From: Candidatus Latescibacterota bacterium
Lineage (GTDB): Bacteria; Latescibacterota; UBA2968; UBA8231
Reading direction: 5' to 3'
DNA length: 64,000 nucleotides
Assembly: GCA_965197905.1 (NCBI GenBank)
Contig: CBDAOB010000005.1
Span: 576,001 to 640,000, forward strand
Under the pieces are notes generated by a model. It was not told the origin of the DNA. It saw only the letters and a list, made by a program, of their open reading frames with translations, and made no database searches. Below, one piece after another: positions 61,392 through 64,000 of the stretch. The position numbers were made by a program, and so were the translations under genes. Position 1 is the first letter of the stretch, and each line of letters starts with the position of its first letter.

Positions 61392-62499
61392 TCAAAGGGC
61401 GCCGAAGATCCACCAGCACGGAATATACTGCCCGGGGGAACCCAAACCTCTGCGTTGGAGATCATGTTCCTGCTGATATTCGAAGTACCCGCCTCCAGAC
61501 CTCTGCATTCCATCGATCCATTCGGCGGCCTCGCGGTAAGCGGCTGTCCTACAAAAGGTATCAGATCCGGTAGCCAGATCGTAAAATCTCGAGGCCACGG
61601 CGATGGCTCCGGTGCCGCGAATATTGGCTTCGGAGGTGACGATCCCTCGGCATCCGTCGCGATGACCATAACCCCCTTTGATCTTGCCGCACCTGTATAC
61701 CTGACTGTTCAGCAATGACTGAATGCTCGGTCGGACCTCCCGGGATACGTAATCCGAGCCGCCGTGCCGCAGCATCAGCAGCGCGTGATAGGCACGCATG
61801 AACGGCATGGTTTCCTCGTCGAACGATTCGAAGGCGGCGCGGATGGATTGGACCAGGCGATCCACGACCGGCTCCAGATCCGGTCGCCAGGCGCGCCATT
61901 CCGCCAGTCCCAGCAGGAACATGGCTTGATAGGCGGCGGGGTTGGAACGCAAGCTGCTGAGATGCTCATCCTTGTCTTCGCGGAAGTAGCCGTCCGCCGA
62001 ATTCCACATGGGAAGCAGGTAGGTCAATGCCCGCTCCACCATTTCCCGATAACAGTCGTTTCCGGTAAGATTCTGGAACTTGGCCACGGCGTAGGCGACC
62101 GCGCCCACAACCGGGGGATCCTCGCGCTCCCAAGTGGGGCGTCGCTCTTCCTCGGACGCGGTGAACTCCAGTCCGTCAGGGCCCAGGTCGAGGGTCCACC
62201 CGCCGGAAGGTTTCTGCAAGCGCTGCAAGCGATCGAGAACCCGCGTCGCACCGTCGAGGATCTCGGCTTGACTCCCGATTCGGTACGCCTCCAGCAGGAC
62301 CCAGGCGATCTCCGCGGAGGTAGAGATTGCTTTCCGGACCCCAACGTTCTTCAACCTCGTAGGAGCCATCGGCCTCGAGGTGTTCGAGCAGAAGCCGGCA
62401 GGCGGCGAAGGCATCGTCCAGCCGGCTCAGATCGACCGACTCCAGGTTGCCCTCGAGCGGGCTCAGCCCGGTTGGTGGGGAGTTTTCCTGTTCCGACAC
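61392..62499 (-). CDS. Hypothetical alpha/alpha-barrel-like protein; frameshift near 62316-62322
   Basis: N-part (ORF 62176) LLLEHLEADGSY...PESNLY joins SAEIAWVLLEAY (ORF 61392); QW-like segments LQKPSGGW and MQRSGGGY. Confidence 0.55.
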
Positions 62500-62512
62500 A
62501 GCATTCAACGTT

Positions 62513-63037
62513 TTAGCGACTGTCTCGCGGATTCCTGATGGAGCCGACGGCAGTAAGCAGAACGGCGGTCAGGAGCAGAAAGGCACCGATTGGCAGCAGC
62601 AGAATCCCGGCACCCGGATCTCCGCCGTAGATAATGGTCCCTCCCAGGAAGAAGCCCGCCGGCATGAGGAGGCTCGCCCCCATGAGCGCAGCGGAAACAA
62701 ACGGGGTAGCGAGAGAGAGATCCGGTTTTGCGTGCAGGGTTGCCGCATAGGCGATGTGAACGAGGGACAAAAAGGTGCCGTGGGCGTGAGCGAGCCGCCA
62801 CATCAACCGGCGAGGTTCCGTGCCCACATCCAGATACCAGGATACTTTGAAGCCGTGAAGGCTCTCCAGGAAGATACCCAGGCAAACGAAGAGGAATAGT
62901 GACCACCACCCGAAGCGGAGGTGTCTCGCGACCAGCTGGGTCACTGGCTGGCTGGCGACAGCGTCTTCAGGACTGCCGGCCGCGCGTTTCGATCTGCTCA
63001 TCAGTACCGTGCCCGGGTGCGGACGATCTCGCCACAT
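62513..63037 (-). CDS. Small four-TM membrane protein with HAHG motif, function unknown
   Basis: Four hydrophobic segments; LESLHGFK and WRLAHAHGT; ATG directly follows the cytochrome stop codon. Confidence 0.7.
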   Translation of the reverse strand: MWRDRPHPGTVLMSRSKRAAGSPEDAVASQPVTQLVARHLRFGWWSLFLFVCLGIFLESLHGFKVSWYLDVGTEPRRLMWRLAHAHGTFLSLVHIAYAATLHAKPDLSLATPFVSAALMGASLLMPAGFFLGGTIIYGGDPGAGILLLPIGAFLLLTAVLLTAVGSIRNPRDSR

Positions 63038-64000
63038 TTACTCCTGTAGCCAAACCTCGCGATTATTCCTCTCGGCGAAGATCCGTTCGAAAATGTCGTC
63101 GCGCAAGCCACCTTCCGGCGAGATCAGCACTTGCTTCAGGTCTTCGGTTCGATGTTGAGATCGCTCCCATATCGCCTTCGCCTGGCGGGATTTGACGGCC
63201 AGGATTTCAGGCGTCGCGATATAGTCGTATTCGAAGTCTTCGAATTGCGAAAAGGTGGCAAGGGAGCGATAAGCGACCAATCGGACTGCCGCGTAAGGGT
63301 CATTCAATAACGTGGCCAGATAGGGAGGGATCCACTCCCCTCCGGCCACTTTGCGCGCCGCTTCCCAGCCCAGGCTCCAGCCCATGAGCACCCGTTGTCC
63401 CGCATCCCCCCGCAACGTCCACAACACCGACGCAGCAAAGCTGCGCTCGTCTTCACTTAGGACCGGCCGCGGTATGTCGTACCACTCCTTCAGGTACTCA
63501 GACGTCCACGACAGGGTCTTGTCCAGGTGGCACTGGTTACAGGCGTTGGGGCGCCCCGTTTCAACACTGGCGATTACACTCGGTGAATCCACCTGGTGAC
63601 TACGGATTGCCCCCATGAGACCGTAGGTGGTGTGGGGCATGTGGCAGTTGTAGCACAGGCTGCCGCTGGAGCCGGGTTGGTGACGGGTGTGCTGGACGAG
63701 GGTGTCGCCGACAGCCGGGTGACACTGCAGGCAAGCGTCGTTGGTCTCCATTTCCTGCTCCAACTGCTCGTCGGCCCACGTTCGCATCGACCGCGGGTCG
63801 TCGGCGTCTTGATGCATCCGGTGGCAGGAGAGGCACGTCATCGTACGCTCCGCGTCGTCGTGTTGAAAGCAAGGGCTCTCGATCAAGGCGTTGTATTCGC
63901 GTCCGGTGACCCGAATCATGCCGTCCGACCAGAACAGTGTGCTCATGTAGCCGGGATTCTTGTGGAGGAAGTCGTTGACGGCCGGGTGGTCAACACCGTT
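63038..64000 (-). CDS. Partial (5'-truncated) multiheme c-type cytochrome with C-terminal HEAT-like domain
   Basis: Four CxxCH motifs visible (CLSCH, CLQCH, CYNCH, CNQCH); FWSDG..RVTGREY; LLNDPYAAVR. Confidence 0.85.
   Translation of the reverse strand, partial: NGVDHPAVNDFLHKNPGYMSTLFWSDGMIRVTGREYNALIESPCFQHDDAERTMTCLSCHRMHQDADDPRSMRTWADEQLEQEMETNDACLQCHPAVGDTLVQHTRHQPGSSGSLCYNCHMPHTTYGLMGAIRSHQVDSPSVIASVETGRPNACNQCHLDKTLSWTSEYLKEWYDIPRPVLSEDERSFAASVLWTLRGDAGQRVLMGWSLGWEAARKVAGGEWIPPYLATLLNDPYAAVRLVAYRSLATFSQFEDFEYDYIATPEILAVKSRQAKAIWERSQHRTEDLKQVLISPEGGLRDDIFERIFAERNNREVWLQE

Overview
GC-rich bacterial chromosomal segment with about 49 CDSs. Secreted proteins carry a YPNPFNP/FlgD-Ig-type domain, which points to the FCB superphylum, e.g. 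Latescibacterota-like (inference). I found no rRNA, tRNA, CRISPR array, integrase or transposase. The window is dominated by expanded paralog families of unknown substrate: six five-bladed beta-propeller glycosidase-like proteins, four DUF6785/DUF6784-type polytopic membrane proteins (three in tandem), four PhyH-family dioxygenases, five amidohydrolase-fold proteins and two GSA-aminomutase-like class III aminotransferases. It also holds a TPR + 2x CRTAC1/ASPIC-UnbV cluster, a dimethylformamidase-large-subunit-like protein, a UxuA-like dehydratase, an LRR protein and a partial multiheme cytochrome c. The most striking element is an exported YceI-family protein ending in a 50-residue Gly/Cys tandem-repeat tail with 14 Cys. 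At least six, probably seven, small frameshifts interrupt otherwise intact genes; long-read consensus indels are the simplest explanation. All family assignments come from motif recognition by eye, and no database search was run.
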